Positions 1 to 14,667 are shown, counted from the first letter of the stretch. The stretch is DNA of 64,000 bases from Octopus vulgaris (GCA_951406725.2 OX597816.1:106020001-106084000); one strand, 5' to 3'. Made by a program: numbers and translations. The notes: a model not told the origin generated them from the letters alone.

Positions 1-377
1 TGCATCTGCACACAATTGTCCCTGACAAATCTCTCCCCGACAACTCATTTTCCTAACACGCTTTCCACCACGCACTGTATTCCTCTCTCTCTATCTCCCA
101 CTGTCCATCTGCAATCTTGCAATCTTACACTCTGACTCACCCTGTCCAATCCTCTGCACCACTCCTATTTACATTCATCTCCTTGTACCTTGAGGGTAAA
201 CTCTGACATATCTTCACCACTATCTTCTCTCTACACTTCTTTCTTTTTTCCAACTGGGGTGGACATGTATTTCCACTACAGCAAAATGCCTTTTTCAGTT
301 CCTCTATCATACCTCTCATCAACTGGCACAAAGCTAACTCCCTAAATTCTACTCTCCCTCACAGCTGCAGGGTCATG

Positions 378-596
378 CCTTGTAAGTTACTTGGTGACCA
401 TGCTAGTGCTGGTGCCACATAAAAAGCATGCAGCACACTCTGTAAAATGGTTGGTGTTAGGAAGGGCATCCAGCTGTATAAACCAAGCCAAAGCCAATAG
501 TAGAGCTTGGCACAGTCCTCTGACTCATCAGCTCATGTCAAACTGTCCAACCCATGCCACTATGGAAAATAGATATTAAATGATGACAACGATGAC
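378..596 (+). mobile_element. RTE-tail retroposon fragment
   Basis: ...GGTGTTAGGAAGGGCATCCAGC...CCAACCCATGCC..ATGGAAAAT..ATTAAATGATGAC 3' end, shared with many copies in the window. Confidence 0.65.
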
Positions 597-652
597 GTGT
601 ATATACTGCTACATGTGTGTGTGTATGTGTGTGTATGCACATATATGCATGC

Positions 653-711
<59 letters not shown>

Positions 712-725
712 TGTATACATATATA

Positions 726-1110
726 TTTACTTGTTTCAGTCATTTAGCTGTGGCCATACTGGAGCTACGCCTTGGAGGATTTTAGCCAAGTAAATAGATC
801 ACAGGGCTTATTTCTTAAGCCTAGTACTTATGTTATCGGTCTCTTTTCTTGAACTGCTAAGTTATGGGGACATAATCACACCAACTCTGGTTGCCAAGCA
901 GTGATGGGGGGGGGACAAAGACACACATACATACACAAACACACACACATATATACACAACGGACTTCTTTCAGTTTCTATTTACCAAATCCAATCACAA
1001 GGCTTTGGTCTGCCTAAGGCTATAACAGAAGACACTTGTCTAAGGTGCCATGCAATAGAACTGAACCCAGAACCATGTTGGTGGGAAGCAAGCTTCTTAG
1101 ACAGCCAGGC
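726..1110 (-). mobile_element. tRNA-derived SINE (family A)
   Basis: B-box GGTTCAGT, internal (GT)n, tail CTCCAGTATGGCCACAGCTAAATGACTGAAACAAGTAAA; homologous to the copies at 8.7, 12.1, 12.6 and 13.0 kb. Confidence 0.85.
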
Positions 1111-1119
1111 CAGTACCTA

Positions 1120-2094
<975 letters not shown>

Positions 2095-2958
2095 CACCCA
2101 TCATTCACAAGTATGAGCATACTTTCGCAGTGTTAGCTGCCCAATGTAGTCATGAGGAGATGCAGACACCTTCCCACCCTTGTATTTGCAGAACATCCAG
2201 GATGTGATATGGAGGACGAAACACCAACAGCAGCACTGGGATGGTATGGGCGATTTTTCTGGAGATTTTTTCTCAAAGAAGCTAACTGAATCTCAGTGGG
2301 ATTTGAACTCAGACCTTCAAGTAATATCACAAAAGAATCTGATACTCTAACTACTCTGCCAGTCACCACCTTGTGTGTGTGTGTGTGTGTGTGAATAAAT
2401 CATACATTTAGTTAAGACGGTAGGGAACGTTGAAATATATTTGGCTGTTATTTCTAGCATGTCAGATAGACGCAGAAAGGTTTCTCGTTGTCAGGGCAAG
2501 CATACCTATTGTTAGTGTCTAACCCCATACCTGTTTTGGTTTGAGGAGGCCTTTAATTGAAGACGCTCCTGGCTTGACCATTCCTTCTTATATTTACCGT
2601 CTAGGGTTTCTTCATTATCATATGTCATTTGTTTGTTTAGGAATTATTTCTTTTGTTAAGGGTGTGATTGAAGATTTGAAGAGAGCAACTTATCCCGTTG
2701 CGATGATACGATGCAGTGTCTATCGTGGATGGGTGTAGTGTGTGTGATTTTAGATTAAGCTGCAGTGCTCGATAACCGCATAGAGGTCTCCTTTTTCGTT
2801 AAATCATCAAACAGTGATGGTCACACATAACGCAATCACACACACACACACACACACATACCAACTAATACAATACACTTATTTTTTTTTTTTCTTCTTT
2901 TTTTTTTCAAAATGGAAATAAAAAAAGAGAAAAGGGCGGAGAAAATTTTCTAACTTAC

Positions 2959-3216
2959 CTCGCTGCGATGTCCTCTGAGGTTAAAATTAGACCTGGTAGG
3001 TGCATCGTACTTCCGACAGTGACTTGTGGTAAAGGTAACTCCAACTACAGCACTGGCGTTGCCCGAAGCCAACCATCCCTCCATGTAATACTCTGCACGA
3101 TTTAACTTCCAACAGTCGGCATCTGGAATGCCATCGGGCACTTTACCCATCCACGACAAACACTGCACAGTGCAGTCGCAACGGGTTGAGTTGTTCTGTT
3201 CAAAGTGAACATGCAT
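2959..3216 (-). CDS. TULP4: First coding exon (86 codons) of tubby-related protein 4 (TULP4/Tusp); the gene continues leftward out of the window
   Basis: Translation MHVHFEQ...QCLSWMGKVP...YYMEGWLASGNASAVVGVTFTTSHCRK...RSNFNLRGHRSE matches my recollection of the vertebrate TULP4 N-terminus (LCLSWKGRVP...YYEEGWLATGNGRGVVGVTFTSSHC...INFNLRGHNSE). ATG has A at -3 (gaaaatATG). Ends at a consensus phase-0 donor GAG|GTAAGT (intron starts at 2958). Confidence 0.95.
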
Positions 3217-3663
3217 ATTTTCGGCTCACAAAACAGCGTTGACAACACCGTAACGGCTTTATGGTTTCAGCAAAAATACTTTTGGTGGCGGTTTGTGTGG
3301 GTTTTCATTTAAAAATATATAATCCCGATGGTGATCCGTAAGTATCGATCCTTTTCGATTTCCTTCTTTCAAATTCACTTATTCTTATTTGCCGTCTTTT
3401 AAAATATACTGTACATGTACAAAATACCGCACCGCATCTACATATACACGTGCATATACATACATATTTATATACATACATTTATGTATGTGTGTATATG
3501 TAAATATACACAGCTACAATATGTATGTATGTATGTATGTACGTATGTATGTATGTGTTGTGTGTATTATTTCAATGATTTATAATTGAATAAAAAACAT
3601 TCTCTAACATTTACACACATATATACATATATTTTATGCATATGTGTTTTTTCAGTTTACATA

Positions 3664-3749
<86 letters not shown>

Positions 3750-5869
3750 ACGGACACACACAATTCCCGTGTATATGTATTATTTAGTACGAGAAATTAT
3801 TTCTCTGACAACAATGTTTACAACAAACAATGTTTACAACATTGTTGTATGATTTATAAGAAGCCTTTGACATTTGTGTTTCCTTTACATACCCTGTCTC
3901 AATAAACATCATCAGTTTGAAATTTCAGAATGATTGGCACTATCCATCTTTCCTTTCTTTCTTTCGATCAAAATTCTTTAGAATACTCAAACATATTTCA
4001 GGCTATGTGTATATGTGTAATAAACTAAAAGACAAGTTATTTCCAATGAAGGGCTGCTGTTTTCCAGCCTCACCCAGAGCTATTTCCCAACCATATTTTC
4101 CCCATGAAAATTCTCGTCTGTCGACATTTGACCAGAGGTAGAAGGAGGAGGAGAATGAAAAGAAATTTAATGCATTAGAGAATCTTGTAAAAAATTAAGA
4201 GAAACTTATGCATAATGGGTTTAATTATTGTTAGGTTAGGTTCTGTAACAAATACTGTAACATTTGGAAAATGTTGGGGGTTTTTTATCGTATGAAAGAA
4301 GCTTAAACCATATCACAGGTTTGAGAAAGCATAAAAATCTAAAATGATGTTTTATCGAATATCAACTGACTGAGACATCAGGGTCAGATTGTGAAGCAAG
4401 TTTGGGAGAAAAGTTTATGCTCATACCGGCTGGAGCATTGAGTCAGATTCCAGTCAATGGAGAGAGAGAGCCAAGTTACAAAACATCATCAAGAAAGCTT
4501 TAGAATGAGCTTACCACATGGCAGCTGACATCAGTTCGATCATTGACAATTCAAACATGCACAAAAAATGCCAATCAAAATCACTGAAAGATTGATAAAA
4601 ATACATGAGAAAACAAATCTTGATAGTATTACTAACCAGAAACCCACCTAAAATCCATACACGTGGTCTCTTAACAACTTTGTTTCTGCATTGCCATCGT
4701 TCACTTGCTACTCTCATCAGACTTGGCCTCCCTTTCACTTACACTCTTTGTCTAACTCTCCCTATCTCTCACCCTCTCATAATCTTTCACTTGATCCACT
4801 TCCATCTAACATCTCTTACTCTACCTATACCTCTCACTACACTATTACCTCCTTATCGTTCTACTTTCACTTTCCCCTGTATCGTATACTACCGCTGATA
4901 CACTGCATACACGCGTGCGCAGCAATCAGCCACCGAGGAGATGATATACAATAGACAGCTGAGAAGAATGGTGTATGCAAGCAACGGTTACTAACGACCC
5001 TGGCTAGAGTAATAAATTCTTAACGAAAAAAAAAGCACAAGACAAAAACAGTACAGTGTATTCGATTAGCATACATTTTCTCCTGTTCAACATAACACTC
5101 ACTCATACATACACATTCATCCAGCCGATCATTTGCTTTCCGTTCAATTTTAAATATATTTCATTGGATACCATGGTTGCACCACTCGCCGACTGAAACC
5201 TCTACGTCACAGTTGATCGACTCCAGCCTCAAACTGCCGCCGCTATAAACAGCTTCGTGTACAAGCCATCTTACACTGCATTCATCAGTCATAACTGTAA
5301 AGATGATGATGATGATGATGACGACAACGACGACAGCGATAATTCCGCTAACTGCTACCTGTTAGATGGTGTGCAACGGTTATCAATTGAACAGTATAAG
5401 ATATGAGAAACACTGCCTAACAGTCTTGTCATGGTAACAGCAATAATTTAACGTTGGAATTGACCAGTATAAATACAAGATATAGTGAAAACTAAGCAGA
5501 CTAGCTGGTAGTGAAACGGATAAACAAAAGAACTAAGAAATCACGGGTGAAAAAGAAATTGGACGGACGGACGGACTAACAATCTTGACACGTTGATCAA
5601 ATGAACGGACGGATGACAAGAGTTGATGGATGGAATTACTAGACTTAAAGCAAGCAATTAGATCTAGTTATATAATATATTTAAACAAGATACACGTGCA
5701 TACATTTAGATATATGTAGTTATTTATATATGTATTATTCGAATAAGTATGTTACGTGCTGGTACTCATCAGATTTCGATAAGAACTTTCCATAAGGCCG
5801 AAAATGTTCGCAGCATTCAGTGATTAAAAATTGTAATCGACGCCAATATTTCATAGCAGCATCAACAAC

Positions 5870-5924
5870 AGTTGCAGCAACAGCATCTGTATCAGTAGTT
5901 ACAACTGCAGCAGCAGCAGCAACT

Positions 5925-5974
<50 letters not shown>

Positions 5975-6062
5975 TGCAGTAGTCGCAGTAGTAGTAGTAG
6001 CAGCAGTAGTAGTAGTAGTAGTAGTAGCAGCAGAAGTAGTAGTAGTAGTAGCAGCAGCAGTG
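5870..6062. repeat. (GCA)n/(GTA)n trinucleotide repeat
   Basis: Direct inspection. Confidence 0.9.
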
Positions 6063-6177
6063 TTTGTTAATGTTGTTATTGTAACATAACTATCAGCTGA
6101 AATCGATGAGTAGTTTATCCGGCTAACACTGTTGGTGGGACACACACACACTATATATATATATACACACATATATA

Positions 6178-6213
<36 letters not shown>

Positions 6214-6698
6214 TATATAACTATTTGTATATGAATATACTGTGTATGTGATTGCGCGTCTGTGCGTGCGTGTGTGTGTGCGTACCTGAGTATATCTACA
6301 TTTTCACACACGCATACAGACACACACAAGCACACACTTCGCAATCTTTGAGGAAGCTGGAATAATCACAAAAGAAATATGTGGAAAGTAATTTTTTTTT
6401 TAAAAAAAGGGATGTCAGTATATAAGGAGGGGACGGGGTTAAAATAAAATAAAGACGTGCCAGAATCAGAAGAAAAAAAAAAGTTAAAGAAAATGAATAG
6501 AATAGAAAGATTGTAGAAAGAAAGAAAAAAGAAGCGACTAAAAGTGAGAAGTGATGAGATCAAAGACGGAACTACTAGTACTTATCCCAACATTACAGTG
6601 ACCAAAAGATTCTGCAACTGTAACAAGCACTGTGTAACAACAGTTAAATTAACGGGCTGATGCAACTTCGATCTCGCCTTCTCTCTCTCTCTCTCTCT

Positions 6699-6781
<83 letters not shown>

Positions 6782-6883
6782 ATGTATGTATGTGTGTGTA
6801 TGCATCTATGTATGCATATGCATCTATGTATGTATGCATGTGTGTGTTGTGTGCGTATGTATGTGTGCGCTTATGTATGTATG

Positions 6884-6925
<42 letters not shown>

Positions 6926-7859
6926 TAAAAAAAAAGACAAACAGGTTTCTCTTTATCCCGATTTATATCACATTGTGTCTTTTCTTCCCCTTCCCTCCCC
7001 TTTAGCATAACGTACCGTTATGTAGGAAGTATAATCTTACTCTATTCCTATCGTTATCTATTATTTATCCTCTTCCTATTTGGGTCTTCCACCTCTTTCT
7101 CCCTCTCTCTCTCTCCTCTCTCCCAATATATATATATATATATATACATGCGAGTTTGCGCATATACATACTCGCACACATACACACGCCGCCCACCCAC
7201 CTACAAATACAAACTCCAGTAGGCACAAACATTAAAGAAATGCAAGCCGAGTGCTATTTTCACTTTCGTTTTACTAGCTGCGTTTAATTTTTATTCCTGT
7301 TTCTAACTGTCCTTTGTTTCTTATTTAATATCAGTGAATTCTCTTTACTTTGGGAGCGGGGGCATTAAATTTCTACACTCATATACAGTATATATGACTC
7401 GTCTTTATATCTACTCAACCGATGATAAAGTCTGTATATCTTGCGTTATTTACAGCAGTTACGTCCCTTTACAGTCTGTGTTCAAATCACACCGAGATCA
7501 ACTTTATCTTTTATCCTTCCAGGGTCAATAGAATAAAAAGGTTGCCTGAAAAATTATCACCCAAGACTTTGGTTGAGAGACATCTTGTCAGGTGGGATAC
7601 CCTAGGGTGATGAATCTTCAGGTGACAACACATAGCGTCATTTGTTATTTATTTATTCATTTATTTGCAGGTGAGGCCAGGATTAAATCAGAACATTGAG
7701 TCATCGTAATCATTACCACGACTAGCGACAACAGTGATCACAACACCAAAATCACCACCATCGTTAAAACCTCTATCATTATCTCTGCTACTACGACCAC
7801 CAAAACCTATACAACTACCACATCAACAACTACTAACACCACTACAACTAATAATATTC

Positions 7860-8441
7860 TTTTCTACTCTAGGCACAAGGCCCAAAATTTTGGGGGAGGG
7901 GACCAGTCGATTAGATCGACCCCAGTACGTAACTGGTATTTAATTTATCGACCCCGAAAGAGTGAAAGGCGAAGTCGACCTCGGCGGAATTTGAACTCAG
8001 AACATAAAGATAGACGAAATACCTATTTCATTACTGCCCACAAGGGGCTACACACAGAGGGGACAAACAAGGACAGACAAACGGATTAAGTCGATTATAT
8101 CGACTCCAGTGCGTAATTGGTACTTATTTAATCGACCCCGAAAGGACGAAAGGCTAAGTTGACCTCGGCGGAATTTGAATTCTGAACGTAGCGGCAGACG
8201 AAATACCTATTTCTTTAATAACCACAAGGGGCTAAACACAGAGGGGACAAACAAGGACAGGCAAACGGATTAAGTCGATTACATCGACCCCAGTGCGTAA
8301 CTGGTACTTAATTTATCGACCCCGAAAGGATGAAGGGCAAAGTCGACCTCGGCGGAATTTGAACGCAGAACGTAACGGCAGACGAAATACTGCTATGCAT
8401 TTCGCCCGGCGTGCTAACGTTTCTGCCAGCTCGCCGCCTTG
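7860..8441 (-). mobile_element. tRNA-headed SINE with Meta-like central domain, three tandem ~184-bp units
   Basis: Minus strand: head GGCGGCGAGCTGGCAGAA...GTTCAAATTCC, then GCCCTTCATCCTTTCGGGGTCGATAAATTAAGTACCAG. The GACCCCGAAAG motif recurs at ~7950, 8135 and 8318. CpGs intact. Confidence 0.8.
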
Positions 8442-8714
8442 ACAACTTCCAATATTGGCGCATCTATCACCAACAATAACAACAACGCCAATATTACAAT
8501 AGCCACTACTACTACCACTGACACAAGTACCCACAACAACAATCAAGTGATTCTTTATGCTGCTCACTCTGCTAGAAATAAGAGACAAAATCACACAAAA
8601 CTATCATAAATTGGGTAGAGAAAAATGGAAGGTACACATGTGGATATTTTGCAATCGTTTCTAGAAAATTATTGTAGATTCAATTAATTTTAGAAGACAG
8701 TATTTTGTTATCCT

Positions 8715-9110
8715 TTATCTTTTTCTTGATTCATTCATTAGACTGCAGCCATGTTAAAATGTTGCTTTGAAGGGTTTAGCCAAATAATTCGACCCCAGTA
8801 CTTATTTTTAAGTCTGGTATATATTGTACAAGTCTCTTTTTTCCTATCTGCTACATTACAGGGATGTAAACAAACCAGCATTAGTTGTCAAGTGGGTGCC
8901 GGGGAGAAACACAAGCACAAAGACACACATTGATTTATACACGTATACATGCATGCATGCACTCACACACACACATACACACATACACACACACTGACAT
9001 ACTATGGGCTTCTTTCAATTTCTGTCTTCCAGATCCACTCAGGTTCCACACATTGGGACTGAACCTGGAACCATGTGGCTGGGAAGCAAACTTCTTACCA
9101 CACAGCCATG
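8715..9110 (-). mobile_element. SINE family A, decayed
   Basis: Homologous to 726-1110. Confidence 0.75.
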
Positions 9111-9150
9111 TGTATGTATATGTGTGTGTGTGTGTGTGCGTGTATATATG

Positions 9151-9226
<76 letters not shown>

Positions 9227-9290
9227 TTTTTTGCTTAATAAGATAAAAAAACCAAGGCTGTGTAGATCTTAGAGCATTTATAGGTAGAAG

Positions 9291-9342
9291 GTCTTACAGC
9301 TGTTTCTAGGATATTTATCAATTGTATCCCTTCATTGGAGAC
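9291..9342 (-). ncRNA. Decayed minimal hammerhead ribozyme (PLE type)
   Basis: GTCT-CCAATGA-A-GGGATA-loop-TATCCT-A-GAAA-CAGCTG-TA-AGAC: stem I GTCT/AGAC, stem II, palindromic stem III ACAGCTGT; core deviates from CTGATGA. Confidence 0.6.
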
Positions 9343-9589
9343 TGTGTGAGAGGATAGCTAAGTCATACTTAGTTTAGATGTGATACAAAAATAGATAGTA
9401 AGGTGGAGGAAAGAAAATAAATGCAAGATATGTATGGGTATTAAGTTGTAAATCCATTCTTTAGGCATAATGATATATATGCAATATTCCAATATCCTAT
9501 GAGTGAAGTCCAATTGTCCAACAGAGTTTAAAATGAGTCCTTCCAGGATCGGTAGGTACTTTTTACTGATATGGACGCCAGCCAGGCAG

Positions 9590-11788
9590 TGCTGGTAACT
9601 GGCACGTTCAGTTGGTGCTTTTTATGTGCCATCGGCATGGGTATCTTAACTACAATTTCCATTTGATTTTTATATCTTCATGTTGGTGTTGATGTGCTTG
9701 ACTCAATAGGTCTCCTCAAGAACAGCGGGTCACTTTACAATCCAAGGTTAGCACAGCAGGCCATCCTACGAGCCATGAACTCACTTCATTCATCCAGTCT
9801 TTACAGTCACAGCATATCTCAGAGGTCTTGGTCTTTCATATAGCCTCTGTGTGGCCCAATGTGCCACCGGCACAGGTATCACAACTACAATATCCATTTG
9901 ATTTTTATTTTGATGTTGATGTACTTGATACAATATGTCTCCTCAAGCACAGCTGGTTGCCCTATGAACCAAGGTTAGCACAGCAGACTGTCCTGCGAGC
10001 CATGAACTCACTTCATTTGTCGGGTCTTCGAAGTCACAGCATATCTCCAGAGGTCTTGGTCTTTTGTATAGCCTCTGTGAGGCCCACAGTATGAAGATCG
10101 TGCTTGACCACCTCATCCCATGTCTTCTTGGGTCTACCTCTACACCGGATTCCTTCAACAGTTTGGGCGTGGCACTTCTTCACACATCTCTCCTCATCCA
10201 TCCGTAGTACATGGCCATACCAACGCAAACATCTCTCCTGCACGCTGCATCCGATGCTTCTTATGTCCAACATTTCTCTCAGGGCGCTTACACTCTGTTG
10301 TGCATGGACACTGACATTACACATCCAGCGGATCATGCTAGCTTCATTTCTTTTGAGCCTAAGCATGTCTTCCGTGGTCACAGCACATGTTTTTACTGCC
10401 ATGAAGCATGGTGGTTCGCACACATGTGTCATACAATCTACCTTTCACTCTGAGTGAGAGACCCTTTGTCGCCAGTAGGGGAAGAAGCTTTCAAAACTTT
10501 GCCCAGGCTATTCTTATTCTAGTGGTAACACTCTCTGAGTATCCACCCCCTCTACTAACTTGGTCACCTAGGTAGCGGAAACTATCAACTACTTCTAGTT
10601 TCTCCTCCTAAAGTGTAATGGAATCTGTTTTCTGAGTATCAGTGGTGTCTATTGCCCCTGTGCATCTGCTGCACATGAAAGCTATCTTCTCGGTTAATTT
10701 TCCTTTGATATTGCTGCACCTCTTATGTGTCCATAGCTTACACTGGGTACATCTCAAGGAGTTTCTATCTACACCTTTTCTATAGATCGAGAAGGGCCAC
10801 CTACCTGAAGGGGTATGTTGTGAGTTTGCCTTCCTACTTTCTAGAACTTTGGTCTTTGCTACATTGACTCTAAGGCTTTTGATTCTAAACCTAGCTTCCA
10901 CACACGAAATTTCTTCTCTAGTTCCAGTAGTGATTCTGCTACGAGGGCTAGGTCATCAGCATAGAGGAGATCCCAGGGGCAGCCCATCTTGAATTCCTCT
11001 GTTATTGCCTGGAGGACTATGATGAATAAAAGGGGACTGAGGGCTGAACCAACTTCCACCCAGAATTCTTCACTGTACTCATTGTCAATCCAAACCTTGC
11101 TAACAGACTCTCTGTAAAGAGGCTGTACAGCCCTTATTAACCATTCGTCAATCTCCTGTTTCCACATCGCTCACCAGATAAGAGATCGGGGGACCCTGTC
11201 AAAGGCTTTCTCCAAGTCCACAAAAGCTAAGTATAGGGGTTTATCTTTGGCTAGGTATTTCTCCTGCAGTTGTCAAACCAGGAATATGGTATCAGTGGTG
11301 CTTCTACCCCACACAAAACCGAACTATATCTCATTTAAGCAAACTCTCTCCCTGATGAGATGGGCTATGACCCTCTCTGTGACCTTCATTACCTGATCCA
11401 GCAGTTTGATACCCCTGTAGTTATTTCTATCTAGAGCATCACCTTTACCCTTGTAGCAGTTGACTATGGTGCTGCTACGCCAGTCGTTGGGTATGACTCC
11501 ATCATGAACTACCTGGTTTACAATGCGGGTGACTAGGCCATAGCCCACATCACCAGATGTCTTAAGCATCTCAGCAGTGAATCCTGATGGGCCAGGGGCT
11601 TTTCTTGGCTTCATACCCTTAATTGCTTTATCTACTAGGGAGCTGTCTATATGGATAGCTGGTCCTTCTACTGGGTCAACATTAGGCAGGCTTTCCTCCT
11701 CCCATTCATTCTCCACAATCATCAGTCTTTCATAATGGCTTCTCCAAGCCTCTTTCTTTTCAGAATCATTGAAAGCAAGTGCACCATA
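9590..11788 (-). mobile_element. 5'-truncated RTE-clade LINE (RT pseudogene plus 3' UTR with a duplicated segment)
   Basis: Broken ORFs KAPGPSG...YKGKGDALDRNNYRGIKLL, ALSPLLFIIVLQ...LLYADDL, C-x2-C WTHKRC, LRWYGHVLRM...RGRPKKTW; several frameshifts and stops. Confidence 0.93.
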
Positions 11789-12134
11789 TATATATATATA
11801 TGAGTAGTTTTGGTATCCCGAAGACCCAAAATGGTAGGTAAGGTTATGTGAGTGCTATGGAAGGACTGTAGTTAGACTCCGTGTTCAATAATAGTATGTT
11901 CAATAATAGAATGTGGGTCGTGTGTGAGCATGTATATGTTTTAATTAACATATATATATATATATATGTAGGTTAGTATGTAGGTAGGTAGGTAGGTAGG
12001 CAAGCACGCAGACATGCATGCAGGCAGCCAGACAAAATTCCAAGCAGATACAGATGTACTGACTGATGAATACAAAAATTTCTAAATAAATTGAAATTTG
12101 TCTCTTAATTGTAGGAAGAAAATATATACATATA

Positions 12135-12527
12135 GATGCAGGTGTGGCTGTGTGGTAAGACACTTGTATTCCAACCACCTGGTTCCAGGTCCAGTCCCAC
12201 TGTGTGGCACCTTTGGAAAGTGTCTTCTAATATAGCCTCATGCTGACCAAAACCTTGGGGGTGGATTTGGTAGGCAGAAACTGAAAGATGCCCTCATATA
12301 TGTGTGTGTTTTGTCCTACCTCCATCCACACCCCCACCATCACTTAACAACCGATGCTGATGTGTTTACATCCCCATTACTTAGTGGTTTGGAAACCAGA
12401 TCAATAGAGTAAGTACTAGGCTTACAAAGAATAAGTCCTGGAGCCGGTTTGTTTTGCCCAAGCCCCCTAAGGTAGTGCTCCAGCATGGCCACAGTCAAAT
12501 GACTGAAACAAGTAAAAAAATAAAAGA
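12135..12527 (+). mobile_element. SINE family A
   Basis: A-box TGGCTGTGTGG, B-box-like GGTCCAGTCCC, tail CTCCAGCATGGCCACAGTCAAATGACTGAAAC. Confidence 0.88.
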
Positions 12528-12609
12528 ATACATAAACACACACAGACACTCACACATAAACACAGTTACTCACACACAAACATGCTCTCACACATCTCTT
12601 TACTCTCTC

Positions 12610-12990
12610 TCTTTTACTTGTATCAATTATTTGACTGTGGCCATGCTGGAGCACCGCCTTTTTAGTCGAGCAAATCAACCCCAGGACCCCAGTACTTATT
12701 CTATCAGTCTCTTATGCCAAACCGCTAAGTTACAGGGACTTAAACACACCAACATCGGTTGTCAAGTGATGTTGGGGGGGGGGGGACAAAAATAGACACA
12801 CAAACATATACACACACATACATATATATGACAGGCTTCTTTCAGTTTCCATCTACCAAATCCGTTCACAAGGCTTTGGTCGGCCCGAGGCTATAATAGC
12901 AGATACTTGCCCAAGGTGCCACGCAGTGGGACTGAACCCGGAACCATGTGGTTGGTAAGCAAGCTACTTACCACACAGCCACTCCTGCAC
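12610..12990 (-). mobile_element. SINE family A
   Basis: Inverted homolog of the 12135-12527 copy. Confidence 0.88.
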
Positions 12991-13014
12991 ATGCACACAC
13001 ACACACACATGCGC

Positions 13015-13422
13015 AGACATGGCTGTCTGGCAAGAAGCTTGTTTCCAAACCACATTGTTCCAAGTTCAGTCCCACTGCATTGCTCCTTGGGCAAGTGTCT
13101 TCTACTATAGCCCTAGCCCAAACAAAATATTGTGAGGGTTTTGGTAGATGGAACTTGAAAGAAGCTAATCATGTGTGTGTGTGTGTGTATGTGTGCACGC
13201 GCACATGTGTCCTTCTTTGTGTTTGTCTCCTCATCATTGCCTAACAACATGTCCTGGTTAATTTACATCCCACATAACTTAGCAGTTTGCCAATAGAGAC
13301 CAATGAAATAGATATCAGACGTAAAATAAAAAGTACTTGAGTCAATTTATTCTGCTTAAACCCTTCAAGGCATTGCCTTAGCATGGCCACAGTCTAATGA
13401 CTGAAGATAAATAAAAGAATAA
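13015..13422 (+). mobile_element. SINE family A
   Basis: Same head and tail motifs. Confidence 0.82.
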
Positions 13423-13632
13423 AAGGAAGTGCAGAAAAGTTCCTGGCTTTAAGGATATCGCAAAAGGCCTGGTTGGCCTTCTGAGTTCTTTTACAGGACT
13501 TAGAAAAACTGAAGGACTCCTGCAATAAGTGTGTGTATCTGAATGGAGGATGTGCTAAATAAAATCATAATCAACTGATCTTCTTGTATTTTCTTTTACT
13601 AAAAGCCAGGAACTTTTCGGCACACCCCCGTA
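13423..13632. mobile_element. Mariner-type MITE
   Basis: Terminal inverted repeats GTGCAGAAAAGTTCCTGGCTTT ... AAAGCCAGGAACTTTTCGGCAC, with TA at the right end. Confidence 0.7.
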
Positions 13633-14234
13633 TATATTCTGTATGTATATTTACACACATAGACTTACACATATATGCCATTCATATCATCTGTCTGTTT
13701 TTCTATATTGGCATGTTTTGGACAGGTCTTCTGTAGTATTCTGGCTTGCTAGATGCTGTTGCAGACGTTTCTTCATCTTACTATTTCCTTCGTGAAGTCT
13801 TGCATCCTGAGATAAACCTTCACCACTTTTTCTCACATCTTCCTTGGTCTTCTTCTTCATGTTCTGTTTACTTGGATGGCCTGGCATTTCTTTAGCCATC
13901 TACCATATTTCATGCACATCACATATCCATGCTAGTGTGATGCTATTGTACACACAAGAGCTGATCCTTCTGAAGCTTACTTTTACTCACAGCTCTAGTC
14001 TGCTCCACTCTCCATTAATGTCATTAATGTTGTACATTGAGTAAGATATGCTCAATACCTTTCTTTCCACTTTCACACATCTTTCCACATTCGATGCCAA
14101 TGTTTTACTAGTGTGAAATATCATACTTCATACATGTATAGATGCATACGCACACGCACACAGAGAAACGTGTGTATGTATATGTCTATATATGTGTGTG
14201 AGTGTGTATACACACACACACATATATATATACA

Positions 14235-14278
<44 letters not shown>

Positions 14279-14413
14279 AATATATATATATATATAGGGA
14301 GAATAGGGAGAATATATATATAGGGAGAATTCACAAAAAAAAACAAAAGATGAAGACAGGTGGTGTAGACAACAAACAGATGTATTAGTATAATGCTTGG
14401 GAAGTGAAAAAGT

Positions 14414-14449
14414 CTTTAATGTTTCGAGCCTACGCTCTTCCACAGAAAG
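14414..14449 (-). ncRNA. Hammerhead-like motif with non-canonical core, inside a short repeat (~14320-14510)
   Basis: CTTT-CTGTGGA-A-GAGC-GTAG-GCTC-GAAA-CA-TT-AAAG; perfect stems I and II. Confidence 0.55.
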
Positions 14450-14524
14450 GAACACAGAAAGAAACAAGCAGAGAAAATAAAGAATGTGTGGTGGCTAGCG
14501 ATCTATCATGATCTATATATATAA

Positions 14525-14667
<143 letters not shown>

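Larger units (their letters stand above)
2400..8500. promoter_or_regulatory. CpG-rich promoter/5' region around the TULP4 start
   Basis: CpGs are visibly frequent here and depleted in most of the remaining window (qualitative). Contains a CRE-like ACGTCA (~5204) and an X-box-like CTTGTCATGGTAAC (~5425). Boundaries approximate. Confidence 0.45.

Noticed and set aside
5755-5775. CTGATGAG on the minus strand as a hammerhead
   Set aside because: No stem II-GAAA-stem III follows
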